A DNA stretch of 64,000 bases from Thermoanaerobaculia bacterium (GCA_044226625.1 JBGAGQ010000027.1:13363-77362); one strand, 5' to 3'; shown: positions 1-8,758, counted from the stretch's first letter. Made by a program: numbers and translations. Notes: a model not told the origin generated them from the letters alone.

Positions 1-55
1 AGGTGATCGGCTCGCGGCCAGCGCCGTGCAGGGGCCCGGGGGCGAGAGGCGAGAG

Positions 56-100
56 CGTCGTGTCGCCGCTGCCGTTCGTGCCCGCTACGACCGGTTCGGC
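56..100 (-). repeat. 45-bp copy of an internal segment of the DoxX-like gene (6387-6431)
   Basis: Manual alignment gives 42/45 identity. Encodes AEPVVAGTNGSGDTT versus AEPVVAVTNGSGDTT. Confidence 0.85.
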
Positions 101-103
101 GCG

Positions 104-558
104 TCAGGCACCAGAATTAGGGTGAGGCAGGGCGCCCACTTTCAGCTCGTCGATCCCGGTAAAGTCGCCCGGATTTACCGTGTATAGCGGTAGGTCGTTC
201 GCAAGAGGCGTCGCGGCGATCAGGGCGTCGTATGCGCGGGCGGCGGGTTTACGCCCAGCTCGTCGAAGAGAAGCGGCAATACGGCCGAAAGTCCAAGCCG
301 CTGGGGCGTCGAAGGCCAGAGGTGCGAAGTCCGCCTTGGCTTGCTGGACCACTGCCATCCTCCGACCGCGCTCGATCTCGGTCGTTGCGACGAGGGGACC
401 TACGCTCAGCTCAGCAAGCGTGATGGCGGAGATCTGCGGAACCTCGGCAGCAGCCTTGGATCCGCAAAGCGGTAGAGAAGGATCACCGTGCTCGTGTCGA
501 GCAGGCTGGAGGGATGGGGAGCCTCGGTCCGACTGACCTGGGCCGACACTCCGGCCAC
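104..558 (-). pseudogene. vapC: VapC-like PIN-domain toxin, frameshifted near 446
   Basis: N-terminal LLDTSTVI is in one frame. ISAITLAEL...YDALIAAT..ANDLPLYTVNPGDF is in another frame, joined by a 1-nt shift. Start is approximate. Confidence 0.75.
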
Positions 559-660
559 TCCAGATATCTAGAGCCGAGGGTTGCTGCTTGGATTAGGATC
601 CATGAAGGCTGATCAAGAGTCCAGGGTATCCAGAGAAAACTCCAGAGTGGCGGAGTGAAC

Positions 661-1089
661 ATGCAACAGGCGATCCTTCACGTGGCCCTGGTCGTTCGAG
701 ACTACGACGAGGCGATCGAGTTCTACTGCGGGAAGCTACGCTTCCGACTGATCGAGGACACCTACCAACCCGAGCAGGACAAGCGCTGGGTGCTCGTCGC
801 TCCTCCCGGCTCCAGCGGGACCAGTCTCCTCTTGGCCCGCGCCTCGGCACCGGAGCAAGAGGCCTTCATCGGACACCAGGCGGGGGGACGCGTCTTCCTG
901 TTTCTCGAGACGGATGATTTCTGGCGCGACTACCCTGCGATGTGTGACGCCGGCATTCGCTTCGTGAGAGAGCCCAAGACGGCTCCCTACGGAACCGTGG
1001 CGGTCTTCGAAGATCTTTACGGGAACCTTTGGGATCTGGTCGAGCTGAAAGCCGCGCGCCCGCTCGACGAGCCTCGAGGTCCGTCTTAG
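661..1089 (+). CDS. VOC/glyoxalase family protein
   Basis: HVALVVRDYDEAIEFY...PYGTVAVFEDLYGNLWDL motifs. Confidence 0.9.
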   Translation: MQQAILHVALVVRDYDEAIEFYCGKLRFRLIEDTYQPEQDKRWVLVAPPGSSGTSLLLARASAPEQEAFIGHQAGGRVFLFLETDDFWRDYPAMCDAGIRFVREPKTAPYGTVAVFEDLYGNLWDLVELKAARPLDEPRGPS

Positions 1090-1916
1090 TCGGAGAGGAA
1101 GACCTCGGCCGTCGTCGCCGCCGTCACCGCCCGGTCGAGGTGGCGTCGCAGATCGACCCGATCGACGATCGCTTCGAGCGCGGTGCGGGCCGCGTCGTCG
1201 ATTCGTAGGCCGCGGGCTTGAAGGACGGCGAGGATGGATTCGCGCAAGGCTTGCTGTTGTCCCTCCTGCCTTCCTTCCTGCTTTCCCTCCTGCCTTCCTT
1301 CCCGCCTTCCCTCGTCCCGCCCCTCGCCGCGAATCTCGTCGAGATCCCGATAGCCCTGGCGCTGGAGCAGGTTGCGAAAGGTAACGGCGTGCGCGGCCTC
1401 GCGGTCGTAGAGGGCGTTCACGGGCACAGGGTTTTGCAAGATCCCTGGCGCGGTCAGCTCTTGGTCGGGACGCACGAGGCGCATCTCTTGCCCGCGCTCG
1501 TGAATCTCGACCCGGCGCGGTCCGGAAAGGCGAACGACCCAGACCCACCGCGAGCCGGCGGCCAGAAGCTCGGAGATCTTCTGCGCCAGTTCCTTCTCGT
1601 CTTGGCCCGTATCGGCGTATTCCACCGCGAGCGGCGGCGCTCCCGCGACCCATCCCGGCAGGTTGGGCACGTTGCCGACCGCCACGTCCGGGGCGCGCAA
1701 CGTGTCCGAAGAAGGGGAGTACCCGGCGTCGACGCCCGCCTCTTCGACCGCCGGGTCGGTGTCGAGCACCGAGCCTCCGAGAAGATTGGCGCGCGCGCCT
1801 CGCCCGCCCGTGGTCATGCATTGGACGGCATGGCCGTTAGACAGCTCATACGGATCGCCCGAGCGAATCTGGTCGGCGCGGAACGGGCCTTTGGAGGTGG
1901 GAAGATTCCTGGGCAC
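1086..1916 (-). CDS. Uma2 (DUF820) family endonuclease with EGxxEG-repeat C-terminal tail
   Basis: YELSNG, LRAPDVAV, PPLAVE and G.RWVWVV motifs. C-terminal EGRQEG repeats followed by a helical tail. Confidence 0.85.
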   Translation of the reverse strand: MPRNLPTSKGPFRADQIRSGDPYELSNGHAVQCMTTGGRGARANLLGGSVLDTDPAVEEAGVDAGYSPSSDTLRAPDVAVGNVPNLPGWVAGAPPLAVEYADTGQDEKELAQKISELLAAGSRWVWVVRLSGPRRVEIHERGQEMRLVRPDQELTAPGILQNPVPVNALYDREAAHAVTFRNLLQRQGYRDLDEIRGEGRDEGRREGRQEGKQEGRQEGQQQALRESILAVLQARGLRIDDAARTALEAIVDRVDLRRHLDRAVTAATTAEVFLSD

Positions 1917-2109
1917 GGGACGAGTTTAGCAAGGAACCCGGAGTTGGGTGGGCTACAAGGGTTCCAGGGAAGCGGGTCTGGCGAATTCAGTCCGCGTTAC
2001 GAAGCGCTCTCCGCGTCAATCGACGGTTGCCTCGCGAAGGAAGCACGTGCCCCGGATCGAGGGGGCTCCGGTCGATGGCTCTCCCGACCGGAGGCCCCGT
2101 GAGCCCCGA

Positions 2110-2283
2110 TCAGAGCTTGAGGCAGATCGGGTAGCGGGTGTGGCCTTGGCAGGGTCCCGTTTGGGTGATGGTGCAGTTCCAGCTCACGGGAAGCGGTACC
2201 GCGGCGCCGGCGCCGAGCTGGTCGGTTTCGAGGTTCCTCAGAGTTTCGCGGTGGAGGATGATCTTTCTCGGTTGCCGTTTCAT
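2110..2283 (-). CDS. 57-aa RiPP (lanthipeptide-like) precursor peptide
   Basis: GGAGG RBS. Leader MKRQPRKIILHRETLRNL. Core has 3 Cys and several Ser/Thr. Hairpin downstream (~2063-2098). Confidence 0.65.
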   Translation of the reverse strand: MKRQPRKIILHRETLRNLETDQLGAGAAVPLPVSWNCTITQTGPCQGHTRYPICLKL

Positions 2284-2445
2284 CGTTCGCCTCCGGTTGG
2301 TTGCTCCGGACTTCAGGTCCGGCGCCTTTGTGCTCCCGCCAAAGAAACGATGGAGGTCGGCGGATTCCCTCACGCCGAATCACAAGGGAGCCCTTGATTG
2401 GACCATGGAGCGCGGAACCTATTAAGAGGAAGAGACATCGAGGAC

Positions 2446-2538
2446 CAACAACGGCCGGGTCTGGCCGTGGAGCTCCTGTGTCGCCGGGATCTGGCCGATG
2501 AACGGCTCGGTGTTGGCGCACAGGGTGACACAGCGTTG
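2446..2538 (-). repeat. Internally deleted remnant of the 3416-3854 region (terminator edge plus coding segment of the coiled-coil gene)
   Basis: 2446-2459 is identical to 3416-3429. 2460-2538 matches 3776-3854 at 76/79. Confidence 0.9.
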
Positions 2539-2581
2539 CGCGGACGACGAAGGCGAGAAGCAGAAGAGATAGAATCGAAAG

Positions 2582-2803
2582 ATGGCCACGTCCGGTAGGG
2601 AGCGGATCGCCGAAAGATTCCGAACCACCCTAGAGCTTTTTGAGCTGGGGGAGGCGATGCTTCGGCAGAAGCTCCGGCGGAAGCACCCTCTGGCGAGCGA
2701 GGCCGAAATCGAGGTCCACGTCCGGGAGTGGCTCGAACGAAGGCCCGGAGCCGAGCACGGCGACGGTGTCGGCCGCCCGGTCGCGTGGCCTCGCCTTTCA
2801 TGA
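2582..2803 (+). CDS. menA1: MenA1-like antitoxin (Rv0078B-like)
   Basis: 73 aa. LELFELGEAMLRQKLRR...EIE...W...RPGAEHGD resembles M. tuberculosis MenA1 as recalled. ATGA overlap with the toxin. TAGAAT just upstream of the ATG. Confidence 0.8.
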   Translation: MATSGRERIAERFRTTLELFELGEAMLRQKLRRKHPLASEAEIEVHVREWLERRPGAEHGDGVGRPVAWPRLS

Positions 2804-3387
2804 ACCCTTTGGCCGAAACTCTCGGTCGGATCGCCGCCGACCTTCGGAAGCTCGGGAAGTCCTGGTCTCTCATCGGTGGCTTGGCCGTCAGCGCGCGGGC
2901 TGAGCCCCGAACGACGCGAGATGTCGATCTCGCGGTCGCCGTGCCGGAGGACAAAGAGGCCGAGGCAGTCGTCTTCCGGCTCCAAACCCTCGGCTATGAG
3001 GTTCTCGCGGTCCTGGAACAGGAATCCACGAAGCGGCTGGCGACGGTGCGCCTCAGGCCGCCCAACGAACGAGAAGGCGGCGTCATCGTCGACCTTCTGT
3101 TCGCGTCCTCCGGAATCGAGCCTGAGATCACCCAGGCGGCGGAAGACTTGGACATCCTTCCAGGCCTCCGCGTACCGGTCGCGCGCATCGGCCACCTGAT
3201 GGCCCTGAAGATCCTGGCGCGCAACGATCGCGATCGGCCGCAGGATCTCGACGATTTGAGAGCCCTGCTGCTGGAGGCCGAGCCGCAGGATATCGAGGAA
3301 GCGCGGAGCGCCATTCGGCTGATCGAGGAACGCGGCTACCAGCGCGGCAAGCAACTCCTCGCGGATTTCGATCAGTTCGTCGGTTGA
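2800..3387 (+). CDS. menT1: MenT1-like nucleotidyltransferase toxin (AbiEii/DUF1814 family)
   Basis: LIGGLAVSARAEPRTTRDVD, VDLLFASSGIEPEI and HLMALKILAR..RPQD motifs match Rv0078A as recalled. Confidence 0.85.
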   Translation: MNPLAETLGRIAADLRKLGKSWSLIGGLAVSARAEPRTTRDVDLAVAVPEDKEAEAVVFRLQTLGYEVLAVLEQESTKRLATVRLRPPNEREGGVIVDLLFASSGIEPEITQAAEDLDILPGLRVPVARIGHLMALKILARNDRDRPQDLDDLRALLLEAEPQDIEEARSAIRLIEERGYQRGKQLLADFDQFVG

Positions 3388-3422
3388 GTTGCCGTCGGGC
3401 ACGGGTGAGGCCAAGCAACAAC

Positions 3423-3452
3423 GGCCGGGAGAGGAAGCCCCCTCTCCCGGCC
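3423..3452. terminator. 12-bp perfect-stem hairpin between convergent genes
   Basis: GGCCGGGAGAGG-aagccc-CCTCTCCCGGCC. Confidence 0.7.
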
Positions 3453-3464
3453 TCGAACGCCGGA

Positions 3465-3881
3465 TCAGGCCTCGGCGTTCACGGACTTCGCTTCACCGCC
3501 TTGGGCAGCCTGCTGGGCCTGGGCTTCCGCCAGGGCCTTCGCGATGGCCTTCTTCGACGGACCCCGCTTGAGCCGCTCCACGGGCCGAATGCCCAGCTTC
3601 ACCAGTTCCGGGTTTCGGCGTCCCAGAAAGGCTTTGAGGTGGGACTTGAGGTGAATCGCGTCCTCGCCGGTCTTCTCGACGAGATTGCGGCGCTGGATGG
3701 TCATGGCGTGGGCCTCGCCTTCCAGCTCCTGGATGCGATCTGCCATTCGGACGATCTCCACGGTCGCGGCCTTGATCTGGCCGTGGAGCTCCTGGGCCGC
3801 CGGGATCTGGCCGATGAACGGCTCGGTGTTGGCGCACAGGGTGACCCAGCGTTGGTTCCTCTCAGCTAACGAGTTGGGCAT
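3465..3881 (-). CDS. 138-aa coiled-coil hypothetical protein with a basic C-terminal region
   Basis: AAGGAGGG RBS before the ATG at 3881. Helical heptad pattern followed by G.RNPELVKLGIRP and a K/R-rich tail. Confidence 0.75.
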   Translation of the reverse strand: MPNSLAERNQRWVTLCANTEPFIGQIPAAQELHGQIKAATVEIVRMADRIQELEGEAHAMTIQRRNLVEKTGEDAIHLKSHLKAFLGRRNPELVKLGIRPVERLKRGPSKKAIAKALAEAQAQQAAQGGEAKSVNAEA

Positions 3882-3952
3882 TTCGCCCTCCTTTGGAATG
3901 ACGTGCGGCCCGGAATGGGCTCGCACGGGTGAAACCTCTTTCGGCCGAGGCG

Positions 3953-4282
3953 GGGACGTCGATTCCCTCCACGGGGAACTCACTTCCCCCCGCAGGGAAG
4001 TCACTGCCCAGGCCAGGGAAGGCGCTTCCTCGTGCCGGGAACTCACTTCCCTCCACGGGGAACTCACTTCCCTGGGCAGGGAACTCACTGCCCAGGCCAG
4101 GGAACTCACTTCCTCGAGCAGGGAACTCACTTCCCTCCACGGGGAACTCACTTCCCTGGGCAGGGAAGTCGCTGCCCAGGCCAGGGAACTCGATTCCCCG
4201 TGCAGGGAACTCAGTTCCCTGGGCAGGGAAGGCGATGCCCAGCCGAGGGAACTCGATTCCTCGTAGAGGGAGTCGCACTCCG
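3953..4282. repeat. Tandem array, 16 units of 21 bp: palindromic core GGGAACTCACTTCCC plus a 6-nt linker
   Basis: Cores every 21 nt from 3953 to 4268. Linkers cycle with a 4-unit (84-bp) higher-order period. Confidence 0.95.
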
Positions 4283-4695
4283 GGCGCGAGGAGCCGACCG
4301 TCGCGGTCACGCACGCCCCCTCATTCGCCTGGGGGCCGGCTCCTGGCAGGCGGTTCCTCGCCTCGTTTCGTCCATGGTTGAACCTCCTTCTCGGCACTCT
4401 GAGGGGCTGAGATCAGCCCGACGAAGAAACAATAGGGGCCAAAATCCGAGAAGTCGAGCAAATCGGGCCAAAGTAGCGAAATTTCTCCGAAGGGAGGAAA
4501 TCCGGCGTCCGGAACGGCAGCGAAACCGCCCTCCAGGCGGCCATGCGGGCGACCGGGAGGCCGCGCGTCGATCACCATTCGGCGATCTCTCCCGGCGGCG
4601 CTCGCCGGCGATCGGCGCGGGGACGCCGCAGACCCCCGGACGGGTCGCAGATCCTTCACGTCGAAACAGGGCGATGAGCGGACGGCTCGAATAGG

Positions 4696-5250
4696 ATGGC
4701 TGCGATGGCTACGACCGGTCAGCTGCGGATCGCGAACAGTGTCGGGACGTCCGTTCCACGTCGCCGGCCGGGCAAAGCGCCGAATGTTCTCGGGATCCAT
4801 GCTTTGGCTCTGGCGCTGATCCTCTCTTCCTGCGGCCAGCCGACCGAGACGCAACGGACCGTGCATGAAGTGACGGGGGATCGGGCTCACCGAGTGGAGC
4901 AGATTTCCAAGCAGCTCGCCCGGAAACACGCGGTTCCGTCGCCCCTGCTCGACGCCCACCAGTTCGTGTTGCAGCTTGGCGACGGCGTTTTCGGGCCGTC
5001 CGACTATGTTTCGTACACGGCGATCGAAGTGGAGAAGGGTACGGTGGACCGCTGGACCGAGCTTCTGACTCCCTTGACCGAGGTGGCGGACTTCGCGGAG
5101 CCGACCGAACCTCGGCCCTGGTGGGTTTCGGCGGAAGAATTCGGAAAGCTGACGTTCTATCGAGGACATCCCTTCGCCCCGTTCCTCCACGGTTGGATCG
5201 GAGTCGCGAGGGACCGGGGCCGCCTCTACATCTTCAGTTACAGCATCTGA
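4696..5250 (+). CDS. Hypothetical lipoprotein
   Basis: Hydrophobic stretch ending in a LSSC lipobox-like motif. Start uncertain. Confidence 0.55.
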   Translation: MAAMATTGQLRIANSVGTSVPRRRPGKAPNVLGIHALALALILSSCGQPTETQRTVHEVTGDRAHRVEQISKQLARKHAVPSPLLDAHQFVLQLGDGVFGPSDYVSYTAIEVEKGTVDRWTELLTPLTEVADFAEPTEPRPWWVSAEEFGKLTFYRGHPFAPFLHGWIGVARDRGRLYIFSYSI

Positions 5251-5315
5251 GATTCTTCAGGGAGAGACTCTTCGAGCAGATTCCTTCGGCGCAATGCTGA
5301 GAGACGAGCACCCCC

Positions 5316-6629
5316 TCAGCGGCTGTACGGGTACTCGTTCACCCAATGAAACCCGCGGTCGAGCAGCACCGTCTCCTTCGGCAGCGGCTTCAGGAGGACC
5401 TTCAGCCGGTCGCCGCCGACCCACGGGCCTTCCAGGGAGAGTTCGCGTTCCGGGGTACGGGTGAAGCGGAGGGTATAGGACTTCGGAGTTTCGCTGACGT
5501 CGGTCAGCGTCATCGTGCGGGCGATCGGGTTGGTTTCGACGTCGAAATACTCGCGGGAATTGTCCAGATAGCGAACCAGCACGCCCGAGTTGCTGAACGT
5601 GGCAAGGCGCCATTGGGTCGTGTCGGTCGTCAGCGGCGGCGGAGCGACGTCGTTGCGGAGGAACTCCGCGACAGCGAAGCGGCCGTAGATGGCGGGCTTC
5701 CTGCCCCGCTGGCTCTTGGCCTCGAGGGCCTCGGCGAGGTTGCCGATCGATAGGTAGGCGCAGAAGGCGACCCAGGCGACCGTCCGGGCGATCGCGAGAC
5801 CGCGCGGAGCCCAGCGCGGTGCCCACCGGGGGAACCGGCGGAGCGTCGGGGGCGGGGAGAGGTCGCGCGGCGCGACCGCGCGGTGGCGTACGAAGAGGTC
5901 GAACAGCCGGCCGAGGTCGGGGAGGAGCAGGTAGATCGCCATCGCGAGCAGATGGCCCGAGCCGATCTTGACCGGCACGTCGTAGCAGAAGTTGAGCGCG
6001 ACGACGTTGGTCATCACCCCGGCTGCGACGAGCGCGCCGAGCATCGTCGTGCGGCGGAAGAAGAGCAGGAGCCCGCCGAGAATCTCCGTCGCGCCCGCGA
6101 ACGCCGTGTACGCCGTCGAGGAGCCCATGAACGTCCAGAGCAACCCCATCGGCGACGACTCGGCGTAGGTCTGGAGAAGGCGATCGGGCCCGGGGACAGG
6201 AAACTGGAGCTGGATCACCTTCACCATGCCGTAGGACCAGAGCGAGGCGGCGAGAAAGAACCGAACGTAGACGTGGAGCGCGTCGTCGAGCCAGGGGTAG
6301 GCGGGCCGTTTCCGATCAAGCAACGAGAAGATCAGCGTCGCGGCCGCCGCGAGGATCACGATGCAAAGGAGCCGGATCCAGCGAAACGTCGTGTCGCCGC
6401 TGCCGTTCGTGACCGCGACCACCGGTTCGGCCAGATGGAGAGCGTGGGCGCCCACCCAAGGGACGAAGCGATCGACGAGCCCCTGATACCAGGACGCCAC
6501 CCAGCCGGTTCCGGGAATCGATTCGAACGGAAACGGCAGGCAGTAGAGCAACCAATAGGCGAGCGCGAACCGAAAGGCGATCCGGCGGCCGAGGGGCCAC
6601 TCGGGAGAAGCGGTGGAATCGAGGCTCAT
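5316..6629 (-). CDS. DoxX-like multi-pass membrane protein
   Basis: TNGSGDTT, YG..K....QFP.P, SPMGLLWTFMG.S..Y and N..YDVPVK motifs. GGAGG RBS. Confidence 0.8.
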   Translation of the reverse strand: MSLDSTASPEWPLGRRIAFRFALAYWLLYCLPFPFESIPGTGWVASWYQGLVDRFVPWVGAHALHLAEPVVAVTNGSGDTTFRWIRLLCIVILAAAATLIFSLLDRKRPAYPWLDDALHVYVRFFLAASLWSYGMVKVIQLQFPVPGPDRLLQTYAESSPMGLLWTFMGSSTAYTAFAGATEILGGLLLFFRRTTMLGALVAAGVMTNVVALNFCYDVPVKIGSGHLLAMAIYLLLPDLGRLFDLFVRHRAVAPRDLSPPPTLRRFPRWAPRWAPRGLAIARTVAWVAFCAYLSIGNLAEALEAKSQRGRKPAIYGRFAVAEFLRNDVAPPPLTTDTTQWRLATFSNSGVLVRYLDNSREYFDVETNPIARTMTLTDVSETPKSYTLRFTRTPERELSLEGPWVGGDRLKVLLKPLPKETVLLDRGFHWVNEYPYSR

Positions 6630-6795
6630 GGATCCTCCGGACTCTAACGGGCTCGCGTCGAAATTGTTCATCCGAGCCGCGCCAGCCGATATGGCGGATT
6701 CCGAGAGAGGACCGGATCAACCCGGGAAGGGCGCCCTCGCGGCGAAGGAGGGCGATACGAATCCGACGGCCGCCGCGGAGCGCCCGGGGTATTCC

Positions 6796-7044
6796 TCAGC
6801 CGCAGTAGAAGCACTCCCCCCATTCGACCTGGACGTCGCCGGAGGTGTCGCCGTAGCAGCCCCGGTTGCCGCTGCAGTCCTCGAAGCAGTAGCCGCCGTT
6901 CGAATAGTAATAGCTGTACTGAACCCCCCACATCGGCGTACACGCCAGCGCCGGCTCGGGGCTCGCGAGCTCGAAGGCCGGGGCGCCGAACATCAGAGCG
7001 AGGGCGATCAATCCACCGCGTAGAGACTTCTTCTCGAGACTCAT
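6796..7044 (-). CDS. Small secreted Cys/Tyr-rich peptide
   Basis: GAGGAGG RBS, signal peptide, 6-Cys mature region. Confidence 0.65.
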   Translation of the reverse strand: MSLEKKSLRGGLIALALMFGAPAFELASPEPALACTPMWGVQYSYYYSNGGYCFEDCSGNRGCYGDTSGDVQVEWGECFYCG

Positions 7045-7142
7045 GGGTGCATCCTCCTCAGAGACTCAACCCCTCGTGATCGGTGTTTCGAACGGCGTTC
7101 GGCAAAGTTGCCTCCCGCCGAAGGCTCGAACGGAGCGGAGGG

Positions 7143-7316
7143 CTACCGCCCGGTGTTGCAGCTCTCCGGGTTGTCGATGAAGCCGACGGACGGGTCTCCC
7201 GTTCCGCCTCCGCAGAAGACGGGTTGGGAGTAGTCGAAAGTTCCACCGTTCGCGATTCGCTCGAGTCCGCTCAGGGTTTCCTTCGAGAGGGAAAGCTTCT
7301 TCGCCTGCTTCTTCAT
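7143..7316 (-). CDS. 57-aa RiPP-like precursor peptide with a double-glycine site
   Basis: GAGGAG RBS. Leader MKKQAKKLSLSKETLSGL...GG. Core has 2 Cys. Confidence 0.65.
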   Translation of the reverse strand: MKKQAKKLSLSKETLSGLERIANGGTFDYSQPVFCGGGTGDPSVGFIDNPESCNTGR

Positions 7317-7585
7317 GCGCGTCTCCTCGCGTTTTCCTGGGCGGGTCGGCCCGCACAGGATCGGCTCGAGGCCGTTTCGGAGACCATCCAAGGCGAATTC
7401 CAGATGGGGTCCGCCCCTCAGGGGCAGAGGTCTCCGCCGCCTTAGGATGAGGCTCCGAACTCGTCATCGAGCTGCTAAAAGATGGAGTGCCCCGCGGAGG
7501 GTCGGCGGGACAGAACGCCTCGGGGTGGACGATGCTCAGAGAGGCACCGGCGCCCCGGACGCCCTGGCGCTATCATTCCGCGGCC

Positions 7586-8389
7586 ATGACTCCCACGCCT
7601 CACCTGGCGATCCTCGCCGCGCTCGAAGAGGAGCTCGAGAGCGTCCACGACCGGCTCGTGGATCCGATTCCCGAGCCCTTGGGTTCGTTCCAAGCCCTTC
7701 GCGGCCGCTTCGGCGGTTGCGACGTCGTCGTCGCGCGCACGGGGATCGGCAAGGTGAGCGCCGCCCTCCACACCCAATCCATCCTCAGTCACTGTCGCCC
7801 TCGCGCCGTCCTCTTCACCGGGGTCGCGGGCTCTCTCGTGCCCTGGCTCAAGGTGGGGGATCTGGTGATCGGCACGCAGGCGATCCAGCACGACTACGAT
7901 CTCACCGCGTTCGACCGGGCGCCCGGGTTCGTGCCGATCGGGGCGGATCTCGAAAGCGGTACGCCTACCCTCTACGCCGAGGCGATGCGCGTCCTCGGCA
8001 AGCAGTCGGTCGAACGCCTCCAGGGGGTCGCCTACTTCGACACGAGCCCGGAGCTGCGGCGCCTCGCCTTCGAGGCCTACGACGAGCTGGCGAGCCGGCG
8101 CGAGATGCCCGCGGCGGTCGCCGGCACGATCGCCTCCGGCGACCGGTTCGTCGCCGACCCGGGCGAGCGGCGGCGGATCCAGCGCATGTTCGGCGCGCTC
8201 TGCGTCGAGATGGAAGGGGCCGCCGCGGCCCAGGTCTGCTACCTCGGCGGCGTTCCGTTCCTCCTGCTCCGGGCGATCTCCGACGAAGTGGAAGGCGCCG
8301 CTGCCCAGTCCTTCGACCGCTTCGCCCGCGAAGCGGCGGCGAGGAACGCCGAGCTGCTGGAAGGGGTGGCGCGGAACCTCGCCCCGTAG
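7586..8389 (+). CDS. mtnN: 5'-methylthioadenosine/S-adenosylhomocysteine nucleosidase
   Basis: GIGKVSAA, FTGVAG, QHDYD, IASGDRFV, VEMEGAA and RAISD motifs. Confidence 0.9.
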   Translation: MTPTPHLAILAALEEELESVHDRLVDPIPEPLGSFQALRGRFGGCDVVVARTGIGKVSAALHTQSILSHCRPRAVLFTGVAGSLVPWLKVGDLVIGTQAIQHDYDLTAFDRAPGFVPIGADLESGTPTLYAEAMRVLGKQSVERLQGVAYFDTSPELRRLAFEAYDELASRREMPAAVAGTIASGDRFVADPGERRRIQRMFGALCVEMEGAAAAQVCYLGGVPFLLLRAISDEVEGAAAQSFDRFAREAAARNAELLEGVARNLAP

Positions 8390-8443
8390 CTCGCCGTCGC
8401 CGGTCGGTTTCTCACCGAGCGTTCGACCTGGAATTCCAGGCGC

Positions 8444-8758
8444 TCAGATGCAGATGCAGATTCTCGCGTTCACGCACAACTCCCCGTTGGCGGCGCACGC
8501 GGCGCAGAAGGCGGCGGAGCAGCCGGTGCCCGGAGGGGCTTGAGGGAGCCAGGCGGGGGGCTCGGCCGGGAGGATGAGGTCGGCTTGGGTTCCCGTGCTC
8601 TCCTGGATCGCGGTTGCGGTCGAGGGGGCGGTCCGGCAGGAGTCGAAGAGCGAGGCCGGGGCCGAAGGGGCCGCGGGGGCGGCCGAGGCGATACCGCAGA
8701 TCAGTGCAAGCATGGCCGTGATCGAGACGAGCAGAACGGGTCGACGTTGGCGGTTCAT
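8444..8758 (-). CDS. Small secreted peptide with a pro-region and a 6-Cys C-terminal cluster
   Basis: GAGGAGG RBS, signal peptide, Ala/Pro spacer, then CSAAFCAACAANGELCVNARICICI. Confidence 0.7.
   Translation of the reverse strand: MNRQRRPVLLVSITAMLALICGIASAAPAAPSAPASLFDSCRTAPSTATAIQESTGTQADLILPAEPPAWLPQAPPGTGCSAAFCAACAANGELCVNARICICI

Noticed and set aside
560-650. VapB antitoxin upstream of vapC
   Set aside because: No intact ORF with recognisable antitoxin features.
1260-1330. 12-bp repeats in the Uma2 gene
   Set aside because: Common EGxxEG coding repeats, already explained by the protein family.
3953-4282. CRISPR array
   Set aside because: Linkers are only 6 nt and recur cyclically. 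No cas genes are present.
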